A stretch of 64,000 bases of DNA. It comes from Octopus bimaculoides (Eukaryota). The DNA is taken from NCBI RefSeq assembly GCF_001194135.2, contig NC_068986.1:74191884-74255883 (forward strand). The letters run 5' to 3'. Numbering within the stretch: the stretch's first letter is position 1; the number at the start of each line of letters is the position of its first letter. The notes beneath the pieces are model-generated. The model made no database searches and was not told the DNA's origin. It worked only from the letters and a program-made list of their open reading frames with translations. Shown here piece by piece: positions 24,630-39,029 of this stretch. Both the position numbers and the translations under genes were made by a program.

Positions 24630-25089
24630 GTCAGTGAGCTGGCAGAATCATTAACACACTGGGCAAAATGCTTAGGTTCACTTTGCCTTTCATCCTTTTG
24701 GGGGTCAATAAAATAAGTACCAGTTGAGCACTGGTGTTGGTCTAATTGACTTAGCACCTCACTCGAAATTGCTGTCCTTGTGCCAAAATTTGAAACTATC
24801 ATTATTATTGTTATTATTATTTCATTTACTTTTAATCTGCATGTTTGTTACAATCACTTGCCAAGACACCCCCAACGTCCTAGGGTGAGTGAAGGATAAG
24901 AGATGCTACATTATGACTGAAAGCTTGGGGAGGGGAAGTGGCAGGGACAGTAGTGAAATATCTTCATGTAATGCAACACAGACATTTAAATGGATAGGGT
25001 TTTTCTAAAGATGTGGGCAGTACTTGTCAGCACAAGTTTTTGGATTTCTTTGAGACATGGTTCTCCTGGGATCTTATCTAAATGTTTCT

Positions 25090-25440
25090 GACATCCTTTT
25101 TTTTTTATTATTATACCAAGGCACCTACAATAATAGGAACAGTTCTCGCTTTAAGATGCCACATCTTTTGTATTTTAATTTCCAGGCCCTTATATTTACT
25201 TACTTGTAAATTCCTTTACAAATATATTTTTATCAGAAGGAACACTTACATCTATTAGTCTATAAGTATTTTCTTCCTTGTCTTTAATAATCATACCTGG
25301 TTGATTAGTCTGGATTGTTCTGTCAGTATTGACTGGAAAATCCCTGAGAATAGTGACATTTTTACTTTCAACAACTGGCTCAGGATGATGTTCACACAAG
25401 TAAGCAAGAATGCTGATTTTGTAGAGTTTACATATTTTCC
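25090..25440 (-). mobile_element. R4/Dong-like endonuclease-domain fragment
   Basis: ORF 25196..25399: EHHPEPVVESKNVTILRDFPVNTDRTIQTNQPGMIIKDK..LIDVSVPSD. Confidence 0.8.
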
Positions 25441-26339
25441 AATGTAAATACTGTCCTACTCTATTATTATTATTAATATTATCATTATTGTTGTTGTTGT
25501 TGCTGTTGTTATTATTATTAGTTAAGGTGTCTTCCCTTTGTAATAGTCATGTGTTTAAAAAGTTTGCCTCGTGACTTAAATAGGGTAGACGAGATCTGAG
25601 TGGATGTCTTTTGTTTTTGTATTTAGTTTACAAGATTCTTGCTGTGAACTCATGTATTGAAGCAAATTTTGTATCTTGAGAGGGTCATTATGTCAACAAT
25701 AAACACACACATTTGTTCAATTTCACTTCTTTATTTATTAGTCAGTTGATTAGTTATTTAACCAACTAACTGATAACTTACTTAATCAGTTCTTTGTCAA
25801 TATTTGCAACCTCATCAATGACAGACTCTATCCTCTCAATTCCAGGTCCATTTCAAATCTCTTTCTTTTAAATGAACTTTGTACGTGTTCTTCACTTGAT
25901 ACCAACTAAGCTGAAACCGTTTCTGGCTCTGTAGTACAAATGTCTTGTTTTCATAAGTTTTGAATTAAAATCTCCCACTAAACCTTAGTCGCAATTTATG
26001 TTCTTAACACCAGCTTAATGATAACTAAGTTATTTTACTAAATTCTTTGTTATATTTAAAATTAAATGAAAGAAACACAGAGCATCTCAAAAGAAATATG
26101 GTAACAAAAGGATTAACCCAACCACCTATCCCTGAACTACCTTTAGCTAAATTCAATCTGTTGGAATCATTCAGATTTGGTTACTACTCTAAGGATACCT
26201 TCCAGTCTTTCTTCCTTACTGTCTTGAAGATCCAACAAAAACTCACCTGCTCTTGACTAAATCTTAAAAAAAGAAACTGAATTTGTTTTACTGAAATTAC
26301 TCTTATAAAACTGCCGTAGTAAGTATGGTAATTATAGTT

Positions 26340-26607
26340 CACTGCTAAGTATAGTAACACTTTAGTAGTTATGATAACTACAATACCAATAATAATTAAG
26401 GAAGCTATGTGTTTTGGTCAGTAAGTATGGTAGGTATGGGAACTGTGGTAACCATGATTGTTATAACAACTGCTATGTAACCTATAATAACTATGGTAGC
26501 TTTGGTAACTATGGTAGCTACTGTAGCTATGGTAACTATGCTAGCCGTGGTAATTATGATAACAGCAGTAATTACTGCTGCTGCTGCTGCTACTACTGCT
26601 GCTGCTG

Positions 26608-26639
<32 letters not shown>

Positions 26640-26640
26640 G
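26340..26640. repeat. Degenerate GGTAACTAT-type low-complexity repeat grading into (CTG)n(CTA)n
   Basis: 3/9-nt periodicity seen directly. Confidence 0.85.
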
Positions 26641-27289
26641 TAAAATTATGTGACTAATGTTCCACACAACAAAGGTGACTTTATGATTTGATGCAAATGG
26701 TTGGATCTGTCATCATTATTTCTCTTAATCATGTTGTTTAACCCCGGGTGGATCAATGACCAAAGGCTTTCCAGCCATGACAATTCTGTGTTTTATATAT
26801 ATCATGGACTACACTGTACAATGCAGCTTTCTTGAGGATGGTAGGGTGTGATTTGAAGGAAATTTTACTGTTATTTCTAGTTAATTGGGTGACCACTTAG
26901 ATACTCCCTTATTAACGCATCAACATATTTTTGCTGTTGCTTAGTATCTAACTTAGATAGATGTAAGCTAAACACAGCATTTATACAGGACTATAACTGA
27001 GAGAGAGAGAGAGAGGTGGGGAAGTGGTTTAGGAGGAGTTTGTGTGTGGTGGGGGAGGGGAGTTTGATAATTATCATTAAAAGACATTTTTATCTTTTAT
27101 TTGTTCCAGTCATTAGACTGGTCTGTGGCCATGCTGGTGCACTGTATTAAAGGGTTGAACCAAACCTAGTGGTTTTTCTAAAACTTACTTATTCTATTAT
27201 TCCCTTATACCAAACTGTTTAAGTCCAAACTGTTAAGTTAGAGGGACATAAACAAACCAACACTGGTTGTCAGACAATGGTAGGGGACA

Positions 27290-27516
27290 CACCCACTACA
27301 TCACTCACACACACCCCACATCACTCACGTACACACCACATTACTCACAAACATCACATCACTCACACACACCACATCACATGCACACACACCACATCAC
27401 TCACACACAAACCACATTACTCACACATACACACACACACACACACTACACCACTCACACATACACACCACATTACTCACACATACACACACTACATCAC
27501 TCACACACATACCACA

Positions 27517-27550
<34 letters not shown>
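27290..27550. repeat. CA-rich minisatellite (CACATCACTCACACAC-like unit)
   Basis: Tandem degenerate units seen directly. Confidence 0.88.
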
Positions 27551-29425
27551 TATTGGACTCTTCCTTTATTCAATGATGGTTGAAGGTTTTGCATTTTCGA
27601 GCTGTACAGCCACACAGATGATTTGTTCATAGCAATCAAATGCATGTGCTGTACACTATCTCACTTCCTCCATCAAGTGAGCATTGCCTGTACAGGTACA
27701 CAAGCGTTCCACATGTTTAGATGTCACAGTATTTACAGAGCAAGTAAAATGAAGTGTTATGCTCCAGAACTCAACGTACCACCCAGTCTGGGAATCAAAG
27801 CCTTGTGAGTGGATTTGGTAGACGGAAACTGAAAGAAGCCCGTCGTCCGAGACCTTTGGAAATGGGCTGTGCGTGAGAAGACCCGGCAAGCCAAGTAAGA
27901 TCGTTGCCAGTGCCCCTGGACTGGTTCTTGTGCGGNNNNNNNNNNNNNNNNNNNNNNNNNNNNNNNNNNNNNNNNNNNNNNNNNNNNNNNNNNNNNNNNN
28001 NNNNNNNNNNNNNNNNNNNNNNNNNNNNNNNNNNNNNNNNNNNNNNNNNNNNNNNNNNNNNNNNNNNNNNNNNNNNNNNNNNNNNNNNNNNNNNNNNNNN
28101 NNNNNNNNNNNNNNNNNNNNNNNNNNNNNNNNNNNNNNNNNNNNNNNNNNNNNNNNNNNNNNNNNNNNNNNNNNNNNNNNNNNNNNNNNNNNNNNNNNNN
28201 NNNNNNNNNNNNNNNNNNNNNNNNNNNNNNNNNNNNNNNNNNNNNNCAAATCGGACTGGAGCCTGGTGTTGCCATCCGGTTTCACCAGTCCTCAGTCAAA
28301 TCGTCCAACCCATGCTAGCATGGAAAGCGGACGTTAAACGATGATGATGATGATGATGATATGTTTGTGTGTCTGTGTTTGTGCCTCCAGCGTTGCTTGA
28401 CAACTGATGCTGGTGTGTTTATGTCCCCGTAACTTAGCGGTTCGGCAAAAGAGACTGATAGAATAAGTACTAAGCTTACAAAGAATAAGTCCTGGGGTTG
28501 ATTTGCTCGACTAAAGGCGGTGCTCCAGCATGGCCGCAGTCAAATGACTGAAACAAGTAAAAAGAATAAAAAGAGAATATATATATATATGTGTATATGC
28601 ATGAATATAAATGTGTGTGTCTTGTGTCTGTGTTTGCCTGCCACTATTGCTTGATAACCAATATTGGTGTGTTTACATCCCCGTAGCTTAGTGGTTTGGC
28701 AAAAGAGACTGATAGAATAAGTATTAGGCTTACAAAGAATAAGTCCTAGGGTCAATTTCTTCAACTAAAAAGCTTTCTACAGTGGTGCTTCTGCATGGTT
28801 GCAGTCAAATGGCTGAAACAAGTAAAAGAATATAAATATGTCCACACGCGTACACAACAGGCTTTTTTCAGTTTCTGTCTATCAAATCCACTCATAAGGT
28901 TTTGGTCATAAGGTGCCATTCAGTGGTACTGAACCCAAAACCATGTGGCTGGAAAGCAAACTTCTTACCATGCAGCCATGCCCATGACAATAGAAATTAT
29001 ATTCCCAAGCCAGGAATTGAACCTAGGTCACCTTGGTGAAGGCCAGAAATCCTAACCACTAGGTCACATGGGGAATGTAAACTAATCAATGATTAATACA
29101 ATGATAATTGTAATGATGCTGAACATGATTATAATGATGATGATGAAATTATATACATTTGTCTGTCAATTATTTATCCCTGTCAATTATATTTGGCTGT
29201 TAAATGAAAGTTAACAAACCAATAATATCTTTGAAATTATATATCCATTATTATTATTATAACATATTTGATCATTTCACTTTGATCCAACCTCATTTCT
29301 TCTATATTGCTGTCATTCATCTTTATGTTCATAAAATTATAAATATTTGATGTCTATTTAAACGATTAAGTGGCTAGTTGTAAGGTTCAATATTTGTAGT
29401 TAGGTAACTTGTACAACACATAAAC

Positions 29426-29469
<44 letters not shown>

Positions 29470-30373
29470 TTAATGTAGTCATTAGTAATAGCCGGTCAGA
29501 AAGTTATTGTTGGTTTCACATCTATTGTGTGGTTAACAACATAGGCAACTTATCAGATTTCCTGGCCAGCGGTCAAAAGGTTTGATGAGTTTTTACTAAT
29601 GGAGGTAAGAATACAGTCTTGATCAATCAGGGTTGTGAAAAGAATCCCTGAAAACAAAATCTTCAATGTGAAAACCCCCTCTAGGTAAGGTGGAGTTATC
29701 TCCCTTTGACCAATTCCATTTGTGTCTGAAAAGGGACAACAGCAATTTATGTACGATTTCTGTTTATTAGTCAGCAAGCAAGGAATTCCATGTCAGCAGC
29801 ATAAATTTTCTCTCATGAAGGCACTGATTAAACATCTCACTTTTGGAACAACTGTTTCTATATCTATGTATTTTTCCATACTTGTGAGAATTAGACAAAT
29901 ATATTAGTGAGACATTGTTTTATGGCCAGAAGCCTCTCCTATCCCCTAACCCTTACCTATTTCTCAATTAAGTGATCTCTTAATTCACATAACTTCAAAG
30001 GTGTAAAGTGAACATAGAATTTGACAGGAGAAATAAAAACACCACCCCTACTTGTAATGACAGTCATAGAACAGAAATGTAAGCAAATACACAATGTTGA
30101 GAATATACACCTTATTTATATAATTTTATTGTTGTGACTTCAGCATTGGCAAAATATTCTTTTAAGGTGATAATATAATGTAATAATAATGATGATGATG
30201 ATGATATTGAAAATGATAAAATTTTAGCTGTATTAATTTGACTATATGAACTCTGTGAACATATTCTATGTTTCTTGATGCTCTGAGTAACTTTTGCAGT
30301 GTTCTTGATATATGAAATATATACTCTACACAATGATTGAGTACACTTTTCTCCTTATTGTCAATACAAACTT

Positions 30374-30430
<57 letters not shown>

Positions 30431-30992
30431 TTCCACATCTACCATACACATAATTTCAAACATTTTTTTCTACTCTTATCTCTAAACAATGTCTCTGTGC
30501 ATTCAACTGTGCTAACGATTCTTGTTATTCTCTACACCTCATTTAATTCCATACTTTCCTATCTGTCTGTATTCTATTTCTGTTTAACCAATATAATATA
30601 CATATATTAGTAAATGTTGAACTATAATATTATGGGATGCTATACATACAAAAAACATCTATATGAATGTGTTTCTATGTATGTGTGCATACACACACAC
30701 ACACACAAGATATGTTGTTGACAGCAACTTCGAAGTTTCAGCCAGACGATAGCTTAGCTGGCCAAAACATTGAACTGCATTGTCAACAGCATTGTTGCTT
30801 TAGAATTATAAATTTGTACTCAACAAAGTATAGAGTAATCCATCAGATTAATGTAAAATTGTTTTTATTATAACTGAACACAGAGCCTGAAAGATTGCTT
30901 TAAAATACATGGTGTAGTTTATAAATATGCCTCCTCAAGTATCATAATAGCATGAAACTATTAGTAGTTATTTCAATTGTGTATTTAATTTG

Positions 30993-31066
<74 letters not shown>

Positions 31067-31245
31067 AATTAAAAGTAAAAGCACCCACTACACTCTCGGA
31101 GTGGTTGGTGTTAGGAAGGGCATCCAGCTGTAGAAACTCTGCCAAATCAGATTGGAGCGTGGTGTAGCCATCTGGTTTCACCAGTCCTCAGTCAAATCGT
31201 CCAACCCATGCTAGCATGGAAAGTGGACGTTAAACGATGATGTAG

Positions 31246-31284
<39 letters not shown>

Positions 31285-31641
31285 GCAAATATATGCAAGT
31301 ACATATATATACATGCAAGTAAGCACATAAATGCAAACCAAGGTGGACACAATAGTATTCAGATACCAAAGGTAGTGTAATATGCTTTTTTATCAAAACT
31401 GCCAAAACATTACAAAAAAACTGTTTCTCAGAGTTTCACGTTTCTGTTCATCGGACATTTGTGATCAAGTCGCATGGGTGTCTGCTGACAACATTTTCCA
31501 TCATATAAGTGTAAAATACCCAATCTTTCTGCTGTTTTCACGTCTATATTGTTTTCGAAATATTACCTTTTTGTCTGTATAATACAGTACACATTCAATG
31601 CTTCCAAAACCAAAAACAAAAAGTTTGTTTACATATGTTGT

Positions 31642-31679
<38 letters not shown>

Positions 31680-31842
31680 CAAGATATATCTTTGTGTAAC
31701 ACTAAATGCACAGGTAAAATTACTGTCTTGAAATTGCAATGAACATAGCTTGATCATTTCCTTAGACTAACCTTCACAGATATACATATTTCATGAGACA
31801 AGTACTTTAATAACGACAGACCAATGTCTCTTTCTTTTTCAG

Positions 31843-31909
31843 TCTGAACCTCTCTATGAAGAAGTATGGAAGGGAGCTAAGCATAAAAGTGGCAGAAATA
31901 CATCCCCAG
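31843..31909 (+). CDS. PLEKHH1/2: PLEKHH1/2 short coding exon (SEPLYEEVWKGAKHKSGRNTSP-G)
   Basis: TTTCTTTTTCAG acceptor, CAG|GTAAGA donor, 67 nt, phase 0/1; supplies exactly the phase needed by the next exon. Not in the ORF track. Confidence 0.85.
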
Positions 31910-32174
31910 GTAAGACATATACCATTACCATTCTTTATAAATAATTTACGCTGTATTGACAGTGGCTGTGAATGGCACTAATTGCTGCTTTTGTTATTGT
32001 TGTTGTCTAGTGTCACATGAAACTTGATCCTTCAAACCTGTGACCAAAAGATGTTCTCTTCATAGATGTTCCACATTGTTTTTCTATCAGAGATTATATT
32101 GTATCTTTACTTAACACATTAGCTGCAATTTCTAGCAGTTTAAGGCTGGACATAGGTTCCTTTGTTGGTTCATA

Positions 32175-32581
32175 CTCTTTACTTTTTTCAGTCATTTGAC
32201 TGCGGCCATGCTGGAGCACCACCTTTAGTCGTGCAAATCGACCCCAGGACTTATTCTTTGTAAGCCTAGTACTTATTCTATCGGTCTCTTTTGCTGAACT
32301 GCTAAGTTATGGGGACGTAAACACCCCACCATCGGTTGTCAAACAATGCTGGGGGACAAACACAGACACACAAACATACACACACACATACATATATACA
32401 TATATACGACAGGTTTCTTTCAGTTTCCGTCTACCAAATCCACTAACAAGGCTTTGGTTGGCTCGATACTATAGCAGAATATAGCAGAAGACACTTGCCC
32501 AAGGTGCCACGCAGTGGGACTGAACCCGGAACCATGTGGTTGGTAAGCAAGCTACTTACCACGTAGCCACTCCTGCACCTA
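32175..32581 (-). mobile_element. Same abundant SINE family
   Basis: Collinear with 61815-62250 over its full length. Confidence 0.88.
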
Positions 32582-32639
32582 TGTGTATTAGCTTTTGTTA
32601 TACCCGTGTTTTTGTATGGCTAATATGACTGGTTAGCTT

Positions 32640-32850
32640 TAAGGTGCAAGCTGGCAGAACTGTTAGCATGCCGGGCAAAATGCTTAGTGGCATTTCGTCC
32701 ATCTGAGTTCAAATTCCTCTGAGGTTGACTTTACCTTTCATCCTTTCAGGGTTGACAAAATAAGTACCAGTTGAGCACTGGCATTGATTTAATCAACTTA
32801 GCCCAACCTTTTATTTCTGTTCTGGCCTTCTGCCAAAATTTGAAGCCAAT
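32640..32850 (+). mobile_element. tRNA-derived SINE with Nin/Deu-like core (GTCGACTTT(G/A)CCTTTCATCC..AAGTACCAG)
   Basis: GGTGCAAGCTGGCAGAA head plus core. Related copies ~1003-1200 (+), 24630-24800 (+), 20572-20800 (-), 36260-36870 (-, several), 38750-38900 (-), 58812-59022, 59250-59435 (-). The Nin/Deu label is from memory of the motif. Confidence 0.75.
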
Positions 32851-33356
32851 CTGACTGGTTAACTTGATACAATTTTGCTGCTGTGAGAATCCATGATTTG
32901 TAATATGATGGATCTATGACCAAACTGTGGAAAGACTAGTTTATTTAGTTACAAATAAATACATCATGATGGGTAATTTAATTCATAGAGAATTGACAAA
33001 CAGACCAAACTGTGTTAGATGACTAATTTGTGTAGCCATAAATAAATATCTAGTGGTGGCTAGTACAGCTTACTGAGATAAATTGCATTTGAATAACCGT
33101 TTAGTATTTAAACCAGCCATATGTAAATGAAAAAATATTCTACTTGTTTCATATTTAAACAGACCATATCCAGCTCCTCATACCTACCCTATAATGTCAT
33201 TCTAAAAATAAATAATCACATCACTAAAATCTAAGAGATATGAGACAATGCATTGGTAATTCAGAACAGTGTGAATAAATAAGCATTACATTTGACAGAG
33301 TAATCTGAATTCTAAAGAGTTAAGCTACTCTGGCTCTTAGATAAATTCTATTTTAA

Positions 33357-33780
33357 TGGTGCAGGCATGGTTGTGTGGTAAGAAGCTTGCTCCCCAAGCA
33401 CATGGCCATGTGTTCAATCCCACTGTGTGGTACCTTGGGCAAGTGTCTTTTAATATAGCCTTGCGCCAATCAAAGCCTTGAGAGTGGATTTGGTTGACGG
33501 AAACTGAAAGAAGCCTGTTATATATATATATATNNNNNNNNNNNNNNNNNNNNNNNNNNNNNNNNNNNNNNNNNNNNNNNNNNNNNNNNNNNNNNNNNNN
33601 NNNNNNNNNNNNNNNNNNNNNNNNNNNNNNNNNATATATATGTATGTATGTATGTATTGTGTGTGAGTGTGTGCGCGTCTGTGTTTATGTCCCCGTAGCT
33701 TAGCCATTCAGCAAAAGAGGCTTACAGAATAAGTCCTGGGGGTGATTTCTTCAGCTAAAACCCTTTAAAGCAATGCTCCA
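33357..33780 (+). mobile_element. Same abundant SINE family, opposite orientation
   Basis: GGTGCAGGCATGGTTGTGTGGTAAG head on +. Other + copies at ~27790-27850, 28360-28565 (3' half), 53140-53290, 55170-55445. Confidence 0.8.
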
Positions 33781-35686
33781 GCACATTATTGAAATCTCAG
33801 AGCTATGAGATAATGCATGATTAATTCAAAACAAAGGACTATGTTTGACAGAGTAATCTGAATGCTAAAGGGTTAAACTGTACTTGCTTCTACATAAATT
33901 CTATTTTAAAGCGTTTTATACCCAAATATAAAACTTGTATAAATTTTATATCAGAAACTTGTTGTGTTCTAAATCTGAGATTTAATGATGATAAAGTTCT
34001 TGGTTAATTTCAAATATGCTGTATATTACATTGACATCCCTATGATTGTAACAGGGGTTGGAGACTCAAGATCAGTGTCATCACAATGCATGGATACACT
34101 GAGTAGTTGCCTAAGGATCCAATAGGTCCAGGGTCTCAATGCTAATCTCTATATGCAGTGACTTGTATCAATGAATACAAAAGGCGCACTTTTTATTTTT
34201 GCTATAACACTCCTAAGATGAACCTGCTCAAAGTTAGGCTATATAGCATCTATCTTTTAGATGTTTCAGTCATTGGACTGTGGCCATGCTGGAGTTCTGC
34301 TTCGGGGGATTTAGTTGAACAACTGGCCCCTGTACTTATTTATAAGTGTGATACTTATTCTATTGGTCTTTAAGTTATGGAAACATAAACAACCAACTCC
34401 AGTTGTTGAGTGGTGGGAGCAAACAAACAGAAGCGCAGACACATGCACACACATACTCAAGCACAAAGATACATGCACACACACACGCACACACACACAT
34501 ACACACTTATACTTGAGCTTCCACACAGTTTCCATCAACCAAATTCACTCACAAGGAATTGGTTGAGCTGAGATGATAGTAGAAGACATTTGCCTCATGT
34601 GCTGCACAGTGGAACTGAACCTGGAACTATGTGATTGTAAAGTGAGCTTCTTACCTACACAGCCATACCTGTCTTTCTCTATTTTATTGGTATGGCAACA
34701 TTAAAAGTCAGCTCTGCCAGATAATGGAATATTTATCCATTATGAATCATTCCTACTGCTTAAACTAATGTACTCCACTTTAACATGTTACCCCCAACAT
34801 CAGCCCTTATTGTAGAGACCTATAATCAAATGTATCCCTGTCATAGCCATCCTTTCATTTTGCTTCTTAAGGATTACATTCCCCGGTATGTCTTTTTTTA
34901 AAGCAAGTAATGATTTGGTTGCTATTTCTGGCAGATTGAATGACCATGTAGAGACACTGTTTTTGGTATGTCACCATGGTGATAATTTTGCAGCCAGCTT
35001 TCTAATACAGAAATTGATAGCTATGTTCTGATAGGTTAGCTATGCATTTTATAGTCATGATTAGCTGTGAAGTTTAACACTCACCAGAACAATCATCATA
35101 AACAGAAACATAAGCTGACTGTGGTAGGCTTTGAACTCAGAACATATAAAGAGCCGATACTCAATATATCACAAAAGCAAGGCAGCTGATTCTGCCAATC
35201 AACCACAGTTTTATCTGATATTCTATCAACTCTGCCAAAATAATAAAGAATATCTGTGTTAGAATATTAATTACAATTGCTGCAATTATAATTACTTACA
35301 GTCACATTAATTAAAATTATTTCATCAGATAGATTCAAAAGCCTGTTTCTTTTCTTTCTTTTCCAAATAATTACAAATAATTAGTTAATTCAATAACAGT
35401 ATATAACTGGTTCTTATTTGATTAAGCCTTTTCCATGGAATTCAAAATCAAAATGCTAAGTGTTAACCCTTTACCTGCATAATTTAATTTAATGGTTATT
35501 CTTATAATGATGTTAATTATCTGCCAAAATATAAAACTGGCATTTTCTGAAAGTCATGTTGCTTCATGATAAACTTAATTTACTTCAACAAAAGATATTT
35601 GCAAATATGATGTTCCTCAATAAAAGACAGATAAGGATAATGAAATTCTGAGTGGATATATCAGATTTCTGCAGTGAAGGGATTAA

Positions 35687-35909
35687 CCCTTTAGCATTCA
35701 GATTACTCTGCCAAATGTAATGCTTATTTATTCACATTATTTTGAATTTATCAAGCATTATCTTGTTACTTGGAGATTTCAAAGATGTGAGCATTTATTT
35801 TTAGAATGACAGTGTAGGGTAGGTGTAAAAGACTGGATCTACTCAGTTTGAACATAAAACTGGTAGAATATTTCAGGTCAGAGGTGTTGCCGGTTTAAAT
35901 GCTAAAGGG
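35687..35909. mobile_element. TTAA MITE, same family
   Basis: TTAA|CCCTTTAGCATT ... AATGCTAAAGGG|TTAA, 12-bp perfect TIR. Confidence 0.9.
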
Positions 35910-36870
35910 TTAAAACCATCATGGCATTCATGAAGAATTTAATCTGGTTTTATTCAATTTCTGACTCTAACATGATATTTTCTTTGTAGTTTAATAAGCC
36001 TCATCATCATCACTGCCATCACCATCACCACCACCAACACCACCATTACCCACAGCATCAACACTACCACCACCACCAACACCAGCATATGTCTATTTTC
36101 CTCCATGCTGGTCTTTATTTTATAGACACCCCAGGATTTGAACTCTCGTTATAAAGTGACATGACCTGATACCACAGGCACTCTACTGAGCCTACCATCC
36201 ATTACCCTTTTTAATTACACTAATGATTTCTAAATTAGTCAAGAAGCTCATATATCTGTAGGGGGAGAGGTAGTCAATTATATTGACTCCCCAGTAGTTT
36301 ACCAGTACTTTATTTTAACAACCCTTGAAAAATGAAATACAAAGTCGACCTCAGCGGAATTTGAACTCAGAATGTAAAGAGCTGGAAGAAATACTGCAAA
36401 GTATTTTTTTTCTATGCACAAGCAATTCTGCTAGTTTACCGCCTGAATAACAATACTACTATTAATAATAATAATAATAATCCTGTCTACTAAAGGCACA
36501 AGGCCTGAAATTTGGTGGGAGGAAACTAGTTGATTACACTGACCCTGAAAGGAAGAAAGGCAAGTTGACCTCAGTGGAATTTGAACTCAGATTGTAAAGA
36601 CAGTTGAAATGCCAGCTTGGCATCTTACTACTAATAATAATGATAATAATAAAAATGGTAATGATAATGATTTCAAATGTTGGCACAAGGCCATCAATTT
36701 CAGAAGAGAAGATAAGTCAATTATATCAACCCCAGTGCTTATTTTATTGACCTCAAAAGGATAAAAGGAAAAGTCGAACCCCGCAGCATTTGAACCCAGA
36801 ACATAAAGACGGACAAAATGCCCGCTAAGCATTTTGCCCAGTATACCACCAATTCTGCCACCTTGTTGCC

Positions 36871-36914
<44 letters not shown>

Positions 36915-36918
<4 letters not shown>

Positions 36919-37408
36919 GGTCACAGAAAACGAGAAAGCAACCATACTCTGGGATATGCCAATACACACAGATAGAGAAATTAAGGCCAATAGACCAGAT
37001 ATAGTTGTCAAAGATCATGNNNNNNNNNNNNNNNNNNNCTAATTGATGTATCAATACCAGCAGATGACAACGTTTCCCTAAAAGAAATGGAGAAAATTAC
37101 AAAATACAAAGACCTGGAAATAGAGGTAACTCGAATGTGGAATCTAAAAACAGAAACAATTCCTATAGTAGTAGGTGCATTAGGTATAATAAAAAAATAT
37201 TCAGACAAATACATAACAAAAACACCAGGACTTACAAATATATATAACATACAGAAAATTGCATTACTGGGCACTGCACACATCCTACGCAAAACACTTT
37301 CAATACAGTAACCATAAGAGCATCACAGCAAACCACAGCACATACCCAAGGCACACAGAGCTGCGCTCGGTAGTGAAGTGAAAGCACGTTATAAAAATAA
37401 AACTACTG
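36915..37408 (+). mobile_element. R4/Dong-like LINE 3' end with restriction-like endonuclease domain and 3' UTR
   Basis: ILWDMPIHTDREIKANRPDIVVKD..LIDVSIP..EKITKYKDL..LGTAHILRKTL* (PD-(D/E)xK type); flanked on both sides by (AAT)n. Confidence 0.88.
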
Positions 37409-37715
37409 AACAATAATAATAATAATAATGTTTACCTCCAGCTGTGTAATTAAATTTATTTTCCTTTTATTTCCTTGTTTACTGCTTGTAAAAATATGTT
37501 TTGATTTTTCTTCGAAATTTTGGATGTACCCCTGACTGATTTAGCAGAAGTAACCTTAGGAGAAAGAGATTTAAACACATGAAAATAAGAATGTCTTAAA
37601 ACTGAACTTTTTATGCCCCACCCAAGTACTGGGTAACAGTACACTTTCATTAGGTTTCATAAGGTTTCCTCTTGGAAAATGCCTACAAAAACAGCTTTTC
37701 ATTTATGATTTAAAT

Positions 37716-37972
37716 CAGTGATTCTCAACCAAGGTCTCTATGACCCTTGGGGATCAACATAACATTTTGTTGTCAAAATTTATTTGCAATATATTGGGTA
37801 CACTTCTACAATGCATAAAATATTTTAACAACTTTATTTTTATACAATTCTTAATATTTAATTGTAAAAATATAATAAAACATTTTTAAACAGCAAAATG
37901 TTTATTTAGGTCCAGTAGAGTAAAATAGGAATCAAAGGGGTCCACAGGCAAAAAAATTGTTGAGAACCTCTG
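37716..37972. mobile_element. hAT (Charlie-like) MITE
   Basis: TIRs CAGTGATTCTCAAC / GTTGAGAACCTCTG; 8-bp TSD ATTTAAAT / ATCTAAAC (6/8). Confidence 0.75.
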
Positions 37973-37999
37973 ATCTAAACACACAGTTCCATCAGAACA

Positions 38000-38470
38000 A
38001 GATGATACATCTATCTATCTGTCCAGTCAGGTGACTTCTCCAGACCAAGGCAACTCTTCCATACCAGATCTCCTGATCTTCCATAGCAGTCTTCATGTTC
38101 TCAACTTGACATCCAGTGTCTTCTGTAAGCTGATCGGTATATGTGCTCCTCTTGGTCTGCTGAGACTTGGATGTCCCTGCATGGGTTTCCAGAGCAGAAG
38201 ATCCCTGGATATTTCATCGTTGCTTCTCCAGCAGTGTCCTGCATAACCTGTTCTTCTTTCTCTGATTAGTGAGGTGACGGTAGGAAAACTACCATACAGT
38301 TGTTGCTTTGCAGGGTGTTGCTACCAAGAAAGAGTGAGAACTGCATGAAACATTCTCGTGTATGGACCATCAAGCTTCCTTTCAAAACGCTTATTTAGTG
38401 TTCATCCTTAAGAGTCATAGAGAAGTATTGATTACTGCTCTGAAGAAACTCCCCTTCATGTTCTCGATAT
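38000..38470 (-). mobile_element. RTE-clade LINE 3' fragment
   Basis: - strand reads ..AGHCWRSNDEISRDLLLWKPMQGH.., a typical RTE ORF2 C-terminus. Confidence 0.7.
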
Positions 38471-39029
38471 AATTTCGAGTAGAAGACATTCTGCAATTAA
38501 AATATTGAATGCTGATTATGCATATGGTTTTGAACTTCTTGGAGACAATGAAAGAAGTAAAGAAAATGCTACATGTACCTGAGATTGCAGAAACACAACT
38601 AGGACTGTATATATATATATATCAATCCCAGTAAGACAGTGATGTCTGTACTCTGAATGGCACCAATCTGAAGTTGATACATATGTAACTACAATAAACA
38701 CAAATAATAGTTTGGGATTTAGACTCAAAGTAAGCAGTTTTGTTGGGGAGAAGTAATTTGGTACTGTTGACCCAGCACTTTACTGGTACTTTATTTTATT
38801 GACCTTGGAGGGATAAAAGGCAGAGTTGATTGTGGCAAGATTTGAACTTCAAAATGTAAAGAGCCAAAAGAAATACTGCATAACATTTCTTCTGATGTAA
38901 TGATGATCTTACCAATTTACTGTGCTTAACCCTTTCACTGTGGAAATCAGATATATTCACTCCAAATTTCATTACTTTGAATTGTAGAAAGTAGTTTCAT
39001 TGTGTTGAGTCAAACGTTTTGCAATATTT

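Noticed and set aside
26414-26653. Gly/Asn/Tyr/Cys-rich ORF resembling structural (GY-rich) proteins
   Set aside because: Arises from a degenerate 3/9-nt repeat in an intron; non-ATG start, no splice or promoter support.
27267-27632. His/Thr-rich ORFs
   Set aside because: Translation of a CA-rich minisatellite.
27656-28344. Long ORFs spanning N runs (also 46269-46617 and 47711-48197)
   Set aside because: Open only because of assembly gaps; only the piggyBac peptide at 47599-47735 is meaningful.
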